Part shown: one piece after another, positions 17,528 through 25,647 of the stretch
Position numbering within the stretch: position 1 is the stretch's first letter
Layout of the letters: each line of letters opens with the position of its first letter
From: an uncultured Candidatus Saccharibacteria bacterium
GTDB lineage: Bacteria > Patescibacteriota > WWE3 > 2-01-FULL-39-13
DNA length: 47,302 bases
Assembly (NCBI GenBank): GCA_964506905.1
Contig: CAZDNW010000044.1
Location: forward strand, 1-47,302
Direction: 5' to 3'
Notes under the pieces: model-generated
Told to the model about the DNA's origin: nothing
The model's database searches: none
Seen by the model: only the letters and a program-made list of their open reading frames with translations
Program-made: the position numbers and the translations under genes

Positions 17528-17984
17528 TATATAAATAAACTTTTCCTCCTTTACTTCCTGGAACGGATCCTAATACCCTAACCGCATTTCTACCTTTATC
17601 TAACCCTACTATCTTTGTTTTTGTAGTAACCTTGTGATTTCCCATTCTTCCTGCCATCTTTTTACCGGGAATAACTCTACCTTGTCCTTGTGTACCAATC
17701 GAACCCGGTGATCTACGCTTTATCTGACCATGAGTATTTGGTCCAGCTCTAAAACCCCATCTTTTTACAGTACCAGCAAACCCTTTACCTTTTGCATTTC
17801 CAACAACTAATACATGTTTGATTTCCTCATAATTAGATAAGTCGTCGATCTTTACATCTTCAACAATTTCAAGCACAGTAAACGGTATAACTTTTCCGTC
17901 TTCATTGAATTGCTGTGACATTTCTTTTTTTACAGCTTCGTATACAGTATATTCAGTTTTATTGACAGTTTTTATTCTATTCAT
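17505..17984 (-). CDS. rplC: 50S ribosomal protein L3 (uL3), unusually short (159 aa)
   Basis: KGKGFAGTVKRWGFRAGPNTHGQ..RSPGSIGTQGQGRVIPGKKMAGRMGNHKVTT is the canonical C-terminal half. The N-terminal half retains only ..QQFNEDGKVIPFTVLEI.. See findings. Confidence 0.9.
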   Translation of the reverse strand: MNRIKTVNKTEYTVYEAVKKEMSQQFNEDGKVIPFTVLEIVEDVKIDDLSNYEEIKHVLVVGNAKGKGFAGTVKRWGFRAGPNTHGQIKRRSPGSIGTQGQGRVIPGKKMAGRMGNHKVTTKTKIVGLDKGRNAVRVLGSVPGSKGGKVYLYIENTNEN

Positions 17985-18016
17985 AGCAATAATATATTCA
18001 TTAGCAGGGAATAATT

Positions 18017-18343
18017 CTATTGTTTTATCTCTATCCCAACGCCTGTAGGCAGTTTCAAATTAGATAACTCAGATATAGTATTTGCAGTCGGCTCAATAAT
18101 ATCAATAATTCTTTTATGCGTTCTTCTTTCAAATTGTTCAAACGATCTTTTATCGTTAGAAGCAGCTCTTTGATAACTAAAAATTTCTGTTTTTGTTGGC
18201 AATGGAATTGGACCAGAAATTTTAGCACCTGTTCGTATAGCTACTTCAGCAATTCTTTGAGCACTTTGGTCAATCGTATTTGTATCATACGACTTAAGTA
18301 ATACTCTGAGTTTGTTTTTGCCATTTTTTTTCTTATCCGCCAT
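18017..18343 (-). CDS. rpsJ: 30S ribosomal protein S10 (uS10)
   Basis: KLRVLLKSYDTNTIDQSAQRIAEVAIRTGAKISGPIPLPTK..FERRTHKRIIDI. The track ORF begins at a TTG (18359-18361). I prefer ATG 18341-18343 (MADKKK..). Confidence 0.93.
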   Translation of the reverse strand: MADKKKNGKNKLRVLLKSYDTNTIDQSAQRIAEVAIRTGAKISGPIPLPTKTEIFSYQRAASNDKRSFEQFERRTHKRIIDIIEPTANTISELSNLKLPTGVGIEIKQ

Positions 18344-18359
18344 AATGTGCTTTATACTC

Positions 18360-18389
18360 AAGAAGCCCTCTTAGTAAAGAGGGCTTCTT
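18360..18389 (-). terminator. GC-rich perfect hairpin between tuf and rpsJ (attenuator, stabiliser or terminator-like; no clear U-tract)
   Basis: AGAAGCCCTCTT (18361-18372), loop AGTA, then AAGAGGGCTTCT (18377-18388), plus one flanking A-T pair for 13 bp. It stands out in AT-rich sequence. Confidence 0.45.
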
Positions 18390-18406
18390 AGTCGAAATTC
18401 TTTTAA

Positions 18407-19585
18407 CTACTTAAGAATTTTTGTAACAACTCCAGCACCTACTGTTTTGCTACCTTCTCTAATTGCAAATCTAAGACCCTCTTCGATTGCAATAGGTGTA
18501 ATCAATTCAACTGTGATATTAACATTGTCTCCTGGCATCACCATTTCTGTACCCTCTGGTAATGTTACTGTTCCTGTAACATCAGTAGTTCTCACATAAA
18601 ATTGTGGTCTATAACCATTAAAGAATGGTGTATGTCTACCACCTTCTTCTTTCTTTAGGACATAAACCTCAGCTTCGAATTTTGTATGAGGTGTTATGCT
18701 ACCTGGTGCTGCAATAACTTGACCTCTTTCAATTCCATCTCTTTCTATACCTCTTAGTAAAATACCGACATTATCACCAGCTAAACCTTCGTCTAATTGT
18801 TTGTTAAACATTTCGATTCCAGTGACAACTGTCTTTTTGGTTTCTTTTATACCAACAATTTCAACCTCTTCATTAAGGTTAATTTTTCCTCTTTCAATTC
18901 TACCTGTTGCAACTGTACCTCTACCTTGAATAGAAAACACATCTTCTACTGGCATTAAGAAAGGTTTGTCTAAATCTCTTTCTGGTGTAGGAATCCATTC
19001 GTCTACTGCTTTCATTAATTCTTTTATACTCTCAATAGCTTCTGCATCGCCTTCCAACGCTTTTAGTGCAGAACCAACAATAATTGGTGTTTCTCTTTCG
19101 TATCCGTACTTTTCTAATAAATCTCTTACTTCTTCTTCAACGAGTTCAATCAAGCTTTTATCTTCTACCATATCTGCTTTATTTAAGAAAACCACAAGCT
19201 TAGGAACACCTACTTGCCTTGCAAGCAATATATGTTCTCTTGTTTGAGGCATAGGACCATCGGTTGCTGCAACAACCAAAATTGCACCATCCATTTGAGC
19301 TGCACCTGTAATCATATTTTTGATATAGTCAGCGTGACCTGGTGCATCAATGTGTGCGTAGTGTCTTTTATCTGTTTCATACTCAACATGAGATACATTA
19401 ATTGTAATACCTCTTGCTTTTTCTTCTGGAGCATTATCGATTTGATCGAACGCTTTGAAGTTTGCCTTACCTTCATCAGCAAGGACTTTGGTAATTGCCG
19501 CAGTTAACGTTGTTTTACCATGGTCTACATGTCCAATGGTACCGATGTTGACATGCGGTTTTGATCTGTCAAATTTGTCAGCCAT
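18407..19585 (-). CDS. tuf: Elongation factor Tu
   Basis: [45 protein letters not shown], and NKADMV. I prefer the start at MADKFDRSK (ATG 19583-19585). An in-frame ATG also exists at 19598-19600. Confidence 0.96.
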   Translation of the reverse strand: MADKFDRSKPHVNIGTIGHVDHGKTTLTAAITKVLADEGKANFKAFDQIDNAPEEKARGITINVSHVEYETDKRHYAHIDAPGHADYIKNMITGAAQMDGAILVVAATDGPMPQTREHILLARQVGVPKLVVFLNKADMVEDKSLIELVEEEVRDLLEKYGYERETPIIVGSALKALEGDAEAIESIKELMKAVDEWIPTPERDLDKPFLMPVEDVFSIQGRGTVATGRIERGKINLNEEVEIVGIKETKKTVVTGIEMFNKQLDEGLAGDNVGILLRGIERDGIERGQVIAAPGSITPHTKFEAEVYVLKKEEGGRHTPFFNGYRPQFYVRTTDVTGTVTLPEGTEMVMPGDNVNITVELITPIAIEEGLRFAIREGSKTVGAGVVTKILK

Positions 19586-19680
19586 TTTTAATTTAAACAT
19601 GAGAGAGGCAAAACAACTACTTTTTACCTTCTCAACAATAAATAACTAAATTTTATACTTTATTTTTAAAGTCAAATGTT

Positions 19681-19708
19681 ATTCTAACAGAAATTAAAGC
19701 AAATTCAA
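19681..19708 (-). promoter_or_regulatory. Candidate promoter for tuf: TTGAAT-16 nt-(TGT)TAGAAT
   Basis: The reverse complement of 19703-19708 is TTGAAT. The reverse complement of 19681-19689 is TGTTAGAAT, an extended -10. It lies in the 233-bp fusA-tuf spacer. Confidence 0.35.
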
Positions 19709-19833
19709 CACTAATCTTTAATTTCAACACAAGTTTAAAGAATACTACAAAACGAATCGTAACGCAACGCTATTATTTTGTTGTTATAACAGCATTTTTC
19801 TTAAATAATCTGCTACTTATAAACACCTAATCA

Positions 19834-21930
19834 TTATGCGGAAGTTTTTAATTTTTCTGCTATATTAGCAGGAACTACTTCATAATGACTTGGCTCAATT
19901 GACGGTGCCGCTCTTCCTTGCGTTAAACCTCTCAAAATTGTTACATAACCAAATAGTTCTGACAATGGAGCCAATGCTTTAACTACTTGTATGTTACCTC
20001 TTTGCTCCGTACCTTCAATCATGCCTCTTTTTGAAGATAAATCTCCTATAACATCACCAACAAATTCTTCTGGTGTAACAACTTCAACTTTCATAATAGG
20101 CTCTAATAGTACCAATCCTGCGCTTTTAGCTGCTTGCTGAAATGCTTCTCTCGCAGCTAACTGGAATGCAATTTCAGATGAATCAACTTCATGATATGAA
20201 CCGTCATACAATTCCACCTCAACATCAACAACAGGATAGCCCCATTCTACACCTTTTTCCATAGCCGCTTTAACACCTTTTTCTACTGCTGGAATATATT
20301 CTCTAGGAATCGTACCACCTACAATACTATTTACAAATTTAAACCCTTCACCTCTTTCTAACGGTTTAACTCTTAACCAAACATGTCCATATTGCCCCCT
20401 ACCACCAGATTGCTTAATATACTTACCTTCTGCTTCTGCTGTTCCAGTTATTGTTTCTCTATATGCAACTTTAGGTGCTCCAACATTAACATCTACGCCC
20501 ATATCTCTTCTTAGTGTCTCAACCTTTATTTCTAATTGAAACTCACCGACACCAGAAATAATAGTTTGCCCTGAATCATCATCTGTACTAACTTTAAAAG
20601 TAGGATCCTCATCAGTTAATTTTTTCAAAGCAATACCCATTTTCTCTTGATCAGATTTGGTTTTTGGCTCAATTGCCATCGAGATAACAGGTTCAGCAAA
20701 AGATATACTTTCTAATACAACATTCATACCTTCTTCTGTTATTGTGTCACCTGTAGCAGTATCCTTTAAGCCAACAACTGCTGCAATTTCCCCTGCATAG
20801 ACTTGCTTTATCTCTTCTCTGTCATTTGCATGCATTAAAACGATTCTACCAACTCTTTCTTTTTTACCCTTTGTAGTGTTATAAATATACGATCCAGACT
20901 GAAGTGTACCTGAATATACGCGAATGTATACTAACCTACCAACATACGGATCGGTCATAACTTTAAAAGCCAATGCAACAAATGGTTCATTTTTGTCTGG
21001 TTTGCAAATATATGTTTCACCGGTTTTTGTATCAACACCTTGAGCAGGCATTGTATCTAATGGTGATGGTAAATAATCCACAACCGCATCGAGTAAATGT
21101 TCTACAGCTACACCTCTATAATCCCCACCAAAAACTGGATAAAATTCTATTTCTAAACTTGTCGTACTTTTTCTAATAGCTTCTTTTATTTCATCAACTG
21201 ATAATTCTGCACCAGATAAATACTTTTCCATAAGTTCTTCATCTGCTTCTATTGCCTTTTCTATCATTTGAGTTCTGTATATTTGAGCTTCACTTTTCAT
21301 ATCCTCTGGAATTTCTTCTTCTGTTAATTCTTTATCTGTATAATCTTTGTATGTATATGCTTTCATAGTAACTAAATCCACCCAACCTCTAACTTCTTTT
21401 TCTTTTCCAATAGGTAACATGACCGGGTATGCATGCTCGGTAAGCCTTGATTTTACTGATTCTAATGTTTTATAAAAATCTCCTCCAATTTGATTTATTT
21501 TATTAAAAGCAAACATTCTAGGAACTTTATATTTATCTGCCTGTCGCCACACGGTTTCGGTTTGTGCCTCAACACCCATTTTTGAATCTAAAACAACGAT
21601 TGCTCCATCTAAAACCCTCAAGGACCTTTCTACTTCTGCTGTAAAATCAACATGCCCAGGCGTATCAATAATATTAATTCTATGATCTCTCCAAAAAGAA
21701 GTAACAGCAGCTGAAACAATTGTAACCCCCCTTTCTCTTTCTTGATCCATCCAATCTGTAGTTGTGTCACCTTCGTGAACAACACCTATTTTATGTCGCA
21801 ATCCTGTTGCGTATAAAATCGCCTCTGTTGCAGTTGTTTTACCTGCATCAATGTGTGCGATAATTCCAATATTTCTAATTTTTTCAATTGGGTATTGTTG
21901 TGCCTTATCGGCTACATGAACTTCTGCCAT
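19834..21930 (-). CDS. fusA: Elongation factor G
   Basis: 698 aa; NIGIIAHIDAGKTTATE, DTPGHVDFTAEVERSLRVLDG, NKINQIGG, and the domain IV/V motifs ..GGRGQYGHVWL... Confidence 0.96.
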   Translation of the reverse strand: MAEVHVADKAQQYPIEKIRNIGIIAHIDAGKTTATEAILYATGLRHKIGVVHEGDTTTDWMDQERERGVTIVSAAVTSFWRDHRINIIDTPGHVDFTAEVERSLRVLDGAIVVLDSKMGVEAQTETVWRQADKYKVPRMFAFNKINQIGGDFYKTLESVKSRLTEHAYPVMLPIGKEKEVRGWVDLVTMKAYTYKDYTDKELTEEEIPEDMKSEAQIYRTQMIEKAIEADEELMEKYLSGAELSVDEIKEAIRKSTTSLEIEFYPVFGGDYRGVAVEHLLDAVVDYLPSPLDTMPAQGVDTKTGETYICKPDKNEPFVALAFKVMTDPYVGRLVYIRVYSGTLQSGSYIYNTTKGKKERVGRIVLMHANDREEIKQVYAGEIAAVVGLKDTATGDTITEEGMNVVLESISFAEPVISMAIEPKTKSDQEKMGIALKKLTDEDPTFKVSTDDDSGQTIISGVGEFQLEIKVETLRRDMGVDVNVGAPKVAYRETITGTAEAEGKYIKQSGGRGQYGHVWLRVKPLERGEGFKFVNSIVGGTIPREYIPAVEKGVKAAMEKGVEWGYPVVDVEVELYDGSYHEVDSSEIAFQLAAREAFQQAAKSAGLVLLEPIMKVEVVTPEEFVGDVIGDLSSKRGMIEGTEQRGNIQVVKALAPLSELFGYVTILRGLTQGRAAPSIEPSHYEVVPANIAEKLKTSA

Positions 21931-21992
21931 AAATATATTTATTACGCATAGTTACAGTATCTATAACCTACTATAATATGCGTGAAAACTAC

Positions 21993-22009
21993 TTCGAATA
22001 TCATTCGAA
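21993..22009. promoter_or_regulatory. Perfect palindrome TTCGAAT-ATC-ATTCGAA in the fusA / GT2 divergent spacer
   Basis: Read directly: 7-bp arms at 21993-21999 and 22003-22009 with a 3-bp centre. Lies 63-79 nt upstream of the fusA ATG. Confidence 0.3.
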
Positions 22010-22141
22010 AACTATTCACAAGTTTCTATATATATAATAGAAAAACTAACGGCATAAATTTTAGTTACTAAAACAATAACTAAAACTTAGCGACTGTAAT
22101 TATTACACGAATAAACTCAAAGGGCAATAACTTTTACAATG

Positions 22142-22150
22142 TGATATACT
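22142..22150 (+). promoter_or_regulatory. Extended -10 element TGATATACT upstream of the GT2 gene
   Basis: 22142-22150 reads TGATATACT, 53 nt before the ATG at 22204. No convincing -35 element. Confidence 0.3.
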
Positions 22151-22203
22151 CTCAAATTAGTTAGTTATCCTGCTTAACATTTGTATTATAATCACAATTA
22201 ACA

Positions 22204-23763
22204 ATGATTGATCCGAAAAAACCATCCGACAGATTTTTTATGTTTTTACCTGGCTTTTTGTCGTGGGCAATGATTTTAATGCCTCTTTGGCTGGGTTATT
22301 TATATCCAAAAGCGGCTACATTTATATTAACATTTATTGCTATCTACTGGTTATACATGGCTGTTACCCATGCATATGGGCTATTAAAAGGATATAAAAC
22401 ATTTCAAGAGGCGATTAAAACTAAATGGATTAAGAAAGTTGAGAAATTAGATTTCGAAAAACTTCCCAATAAAAAAACTTTGCCTGATAGTTATGAGGGC
22501 TTAAAACATATTCTTTTAATTCCAACTTATAAAGAAACAATAGAAATATTAGAACCTACATTTAAGGGAATTATGAACCAAACTGTTGGTAGAGATAAAA
22601 TAATTGTAATTGTTGGAACTGAAGAAGCCGGTGAAGAAATTGTAACAAAAGCATTAGATGAAATTGAAGAAAAATATGGAGATAAATTACCTAGAATAAT
22701 GCAATTTATACACCCCAAAGGGTTGCCACACGAAATAGTTGGTGTTGCGTCACCAAATAGAACCTGGGCTGCTAAACATGGTATAGAGCAATTAAAAAAA
22801 GAAGGAATAAAAGTTAAGAATTGCATTTTTACAACATTTGATTCTGATGCAACCTTACATCCTGAATTTCTTGCTTGTGTAACTTATAATTACTTAACCG
22901 ATGAGAAAAGATATAACAGATTTTACGAAACAGCTGTTCATTTATTTTCCAATAATATATGGGAAGTTCCACTACTTGCTAGAATAGAAGCCGTTAACTT
23001 AACGCTTGGGCTTCTCTCTAGTTGGACTACTCAATCAAGGTTATCTGAAACTTTTGCATGTTATTCGGTTGCATTAGATACACTTATCGCTGCTGATTAT
23101 TGGGATGTAAGATTTATTGATGATACTTTATTTTACTGGAGAGCATTTGAAGTTAGAAAAGGCGATTTTTCTGCAAAATATTTTCACATACCAATTTATA
23201 GCGATGCTACAGGCGGAGCTAATTATGTACTAGCACATAAGAATTTGTTTAAGCAATTAGTAAGGTGGGGCTGGGGAAGTGTATCTACGGCAATTGCATT
23301 TAAGATGTTCTTTACAAAAAAATTAGAAAATCTAACCACTGACCAAAAATTAGTTTGGTTATACTTAAAGATAGAAAGACATCTATTAGTAAGAACTTCA
23401 GTATTTTTAATTACATTCGGCTTTACAATTTTAACTTTTGTTAATACTAATTTTAGATTACAAGCTGCAACATATGGTTTACCTAAAATTATTAGTATAT
23501 TTTTAACTGCTGGTGTTTTTATGTTTATTCCTCTAACTTATGTTAAACAAAAGCTATACCCTGTTCCTAAAACATTTCCAAAATGGAGAAAATACACTTC
23601 ATTGTTAGAAGCACCATTTGTAATGATAAATATGTTAACTTATGGCTTAATACCCTGGCTTTATGCTGAAACTATGATGATGTTTGGATACTTACCAAAA
23701 GTCACGCACTATACTGAAAAAACTAGAGAACCTAAAAAACATAAGGTTGAAGTACCTGCTTAG
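22204..23763 (+). CDS. Membrane-embedded family-2 glycosyltransferase, processive synthase-like (cellulose/chitin/PNAG/hyaluronan-synthase architecture)
   Basis: 519 aa. Two N-terminal TM helices, a cytoplasmic GT-A core (LLIPTYKE.., FDSDATLHPEF = DxD, FIDDTLFYW), then KQLVRWGWGS = QxxRW, then about 4 C-terminal TM helices. Confidence 0.6.
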   Translation: MIDPKKPSDRFFMFLPGFLSWAMILMPLWLGYLYPKAATFILTFIAIYWLYMAVTHAYGLLKGYKTFQEAIKTKWIKKVEKLDFEKLPNKKTLPDSYEGLKHILLIPTYKETIEILEPTFKGIMNQTVGRDKIIVIVGTEEAGEEIVTKALDEIEEKYGDKLPRIMQFIHPKGLPHEIVGVASPNRTWAAKHGIEQLKKEGIKVKNCIFTTFDSDATLHPEFLACVTYNYLTDEKRYNRFYETAVHLFSNNIWEVPLLARIEAVNLTLGLLSSWTTQSRLSETFACYSVALDTLIAADYWDVRFIDDTLFYWRAFEVRKGDFSAKYFHIPIYSDATGGANYVLAHKNLFKQLVRWGWGSVSTAIAFKMFFTKKLENLTTDQKLVWLYLKIERHLLVRTSVFLITFGFTILTFVNTNFRLQAATYGLPKIISIFLTAGVFMFIPLTYVKQKLYPVPKTFPKWRKYTSLLEAPFVMINMLTYGLIPWLYAETMMMFGYLPKVTHYTEKTREPKKHKVEVPA

Positions 23764-23778
23764 ATTATTTGCGATATT

Positions 23779-24825
23779 TTAAAATAATTCTGGTTGATCT
23801 TTATCCGTTGATGAATCAAGATCATTTGGATTTTCATTACTGAGTTCCCCGTAATAATCTTTCTGATAAAAACTTCTTTTTAGCCATTTATGATAATCAG
23901 TGAAATCATTACCGGTTTGATATTCTTTTTCTATATGTTTTACGGCTTGATTCATACTTGCACTAGCATCATCAATTTGGCTTAAAACTAATGATTCTAT
24001 TAATTGTGGAACTACTGGGCTTCCATGTTCTAATGATCCTTGATGGCTTAAAATCATATGATAAACCTTATTTTTTAAATCTTCAGGAAAATCCGGAATT
24101 TGACTTATTAGTTTATCAACAAATAATAAACCCTGCCCAATATGAGCAACTAATCTTCCTGAATTGGTTCTGATTATAGTGGCACCAACAATATCAAGTT
24201 CATTTAATTTACCAACATCATGGAAAAATATACCAGTAAAAAGTAAATCTCTGTCTAAATTAGGATATAATTTTAAGTAAGGTTTGGATAACTCATTCAT
24301 TTCCCAAACATGCTCAATTAACCCGCCGACATAACCATGATGTACATACTCGGCAGCTGGGAAATTTACAAATTTATCACGGTATTCATCATTATTCCAA
24401 AATAGTTCTAATAATTTCTTAAGATGAGGGTTTTTTGTTTTTGAAATTTCGCTAGAAAGATCGCTCATCATTTGATCTCTATCTCTTGTTGTTACCACCA
24501 AAAATTCCTCTGGTGCAATATCATCAACTACTTCTAATTTTTCAACAATAATTTGCGGTTTTCCTGCATATTCTTGTACCTTGCCTGTAATTGCTACAAT
24601 ATCGCCATTTTTAGCATTTGTGTCGATGTTTGGAATTGCTTCTGTCCACGCCTTTGCTCTTATTCGTCCAGTTTTATCTCCAAGCTCGATATTAAAATAT
24701 GGCTTTTGCTGTTTACTAAGTTTTTTCTCTAATTCTAATAAGGCAAATGGTTCATCTATTAACTTTTGGTCTAACTGTAAATCAGTAATATTGTTTTTCT
24801 TTTGCATAGTTACATTATAATACAT
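23779..24825 (-). CDS. yhaM: YhaM-like 3'-5' exoribonuclease (OB-fold + HD domain)
   Basis: The OB region has GDKTGRIRAKAW..GDIVAITGKVQEYAGKPQIIVEKL. The HD region has HHGYVGGLIEHVWEM..LFTGIFFHDVGK..ILSHQGSLEHGSP..IDDASA. It is collinear with B. subtilis YhaM as I recall it. The start may be M7 (24807). Confidence 0.75.
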   Translation of the reverse strand: MYYNVTMQKKNNITDLQLDQKLIDEPFALLELEKKLSKQQKPYFNIELGDKTGRIRAKAWTEAIPNIDTNAKNGDIVAITGKVQEYAGKPQIIVEKLEVVDDIAPEEFLVVTTRDRDQMMSDLSSEISKTKNPHLKKLLELFWNNDEYRDKFVNFPAAEYVHHGYVGGLIEHVWEMNELSKPYLKLYPNLDRDLLFTGIFFHDVGKLNELDIVGATIIRTNSGRLVAHIGQGLLFVDKLISQIPDFPEDLKNKVYHMILSHQGSLEHGSPVVPQLIESLVLSQIDDASASMNQAVKHIEKEYQTGNDFTDYHKWLKRSFYQKDYYGELSNENPNDLDSSTDKDQPELF

Positions 24826-24847
24826 TATTTAAGGTAACTATAGACTT

Positions 24848-25564
24848 TTAATCTAATAGGTTTTTATCTTTCAAAGAGATGAAATCAGTATCAGATAATA
24901 TCAAATGATCTATGAGAGGAATTCCAATCGTATAAGATACATCAAGTAATCTTCTTGTTAAACGAAGATCGTCTGATGACGGTTCTATATCACCTGAAGG
25001 GTGGTTGTGTGCAATAACTACATAAGTTGCGAGTCTATCTATAGCCACTTTAAAAACCTCTCTTGGATGTGCAATTGTTTCGTTTATAGTTCCTATTGAG
25101 ACAACATCGATTGCTATTATCTTTTTTCTTGAATCTAATGAAGTTACAATTAAATGTTCTTTATTTTTTCTTAAGTAGTAAGGTCGTAACAACTTGAAAA
25201 GCGTTTTCGCGGAATATAAATCACCATTTGAAGTATTTTGCTTTATCGAATCAAGGCGGTTTACTAATTCAAATGTTGCTACTAACTGGCAAGCTTTTGT
25301 AGTACCAATACCTTTTATTTGCGTTAAATCGGTAATATTAGCGTCTTTTAATTTATTAATTTGTGGGAATTTTGAAAGTATTTCATACGCAACATCGACT
25401 ACTGAAGTGTTATTTGAACCCTTGGATATGATGATTTCTAACAATTCTATTAAAGATAAAGAACTTGGGCCTTTAGATATTAACCGTTCTCTTGGCCTTT
25501 CTGCTAATGGTATATCGCGAATTGAATTTTGATTATTAAATTCGTTATATTGTTTCTTCTGCAT
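24848..25564 (-). CDS. radC: RadC-family JAB/MPN domain protein
   Basis: N-terminal HhH region (LIELLEIIISKGS.., IKGIGTTKACQL). C-terminal JAMM motif VVIAHNHPSGDIEPSSDDLRLTRRL. Confidence 0.88.
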   Translation of the reverse strand: MQKKQYNEFNNQNSIRDIPLAERPRERLISKGPSSLSLIELLEIIISKGSNNTSVVDVAYEILSKFPQINKLKDANITDLTQIKGIGTTKACQLVATFELVNRLDSIKQNTSNGDLYSAKTLFKLLRPYYLRKNKEHLIVTSLDSRKKIIAIDVVSIGTINETIAHPREVFKVAIDRLATYVVIAHNHPSGDIEPSSDDLRLTRRLLDVSYTIGIPLIDHLILSDTDFISLKDKNLLD

Positions 25565-25614
25565 AAGTATATTTTATGTAAATGAATTAACAGGTTTTCT
25601 ACAAAAGAATTAAG

Positions 25615-25628
25615 AATTGTGAACAATT
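25615..25628. promoter_or_regulatory. Palindrome AATTGT-GA-ACAATT upstream of radC
   Basis: Read directly: 6-bp arms with a 2-bp centre, 51-64 nt upstream of the radC ATG. It lies between the tandem array and radC. Confidence 0.25.
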
Positions 25629-25647
25629 TAAAAGTAACAAGGAGTGA

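Noticed and set aside
19601-19833. Possible small gene or ncRNA in the 233-bp fusA-tuf spacer
   Set aside because: No ORF with a start codon and plausible length exists on either strand, and I could see no convincing extended secondary structure. It is best explained as a promoter/leader region for tuf.
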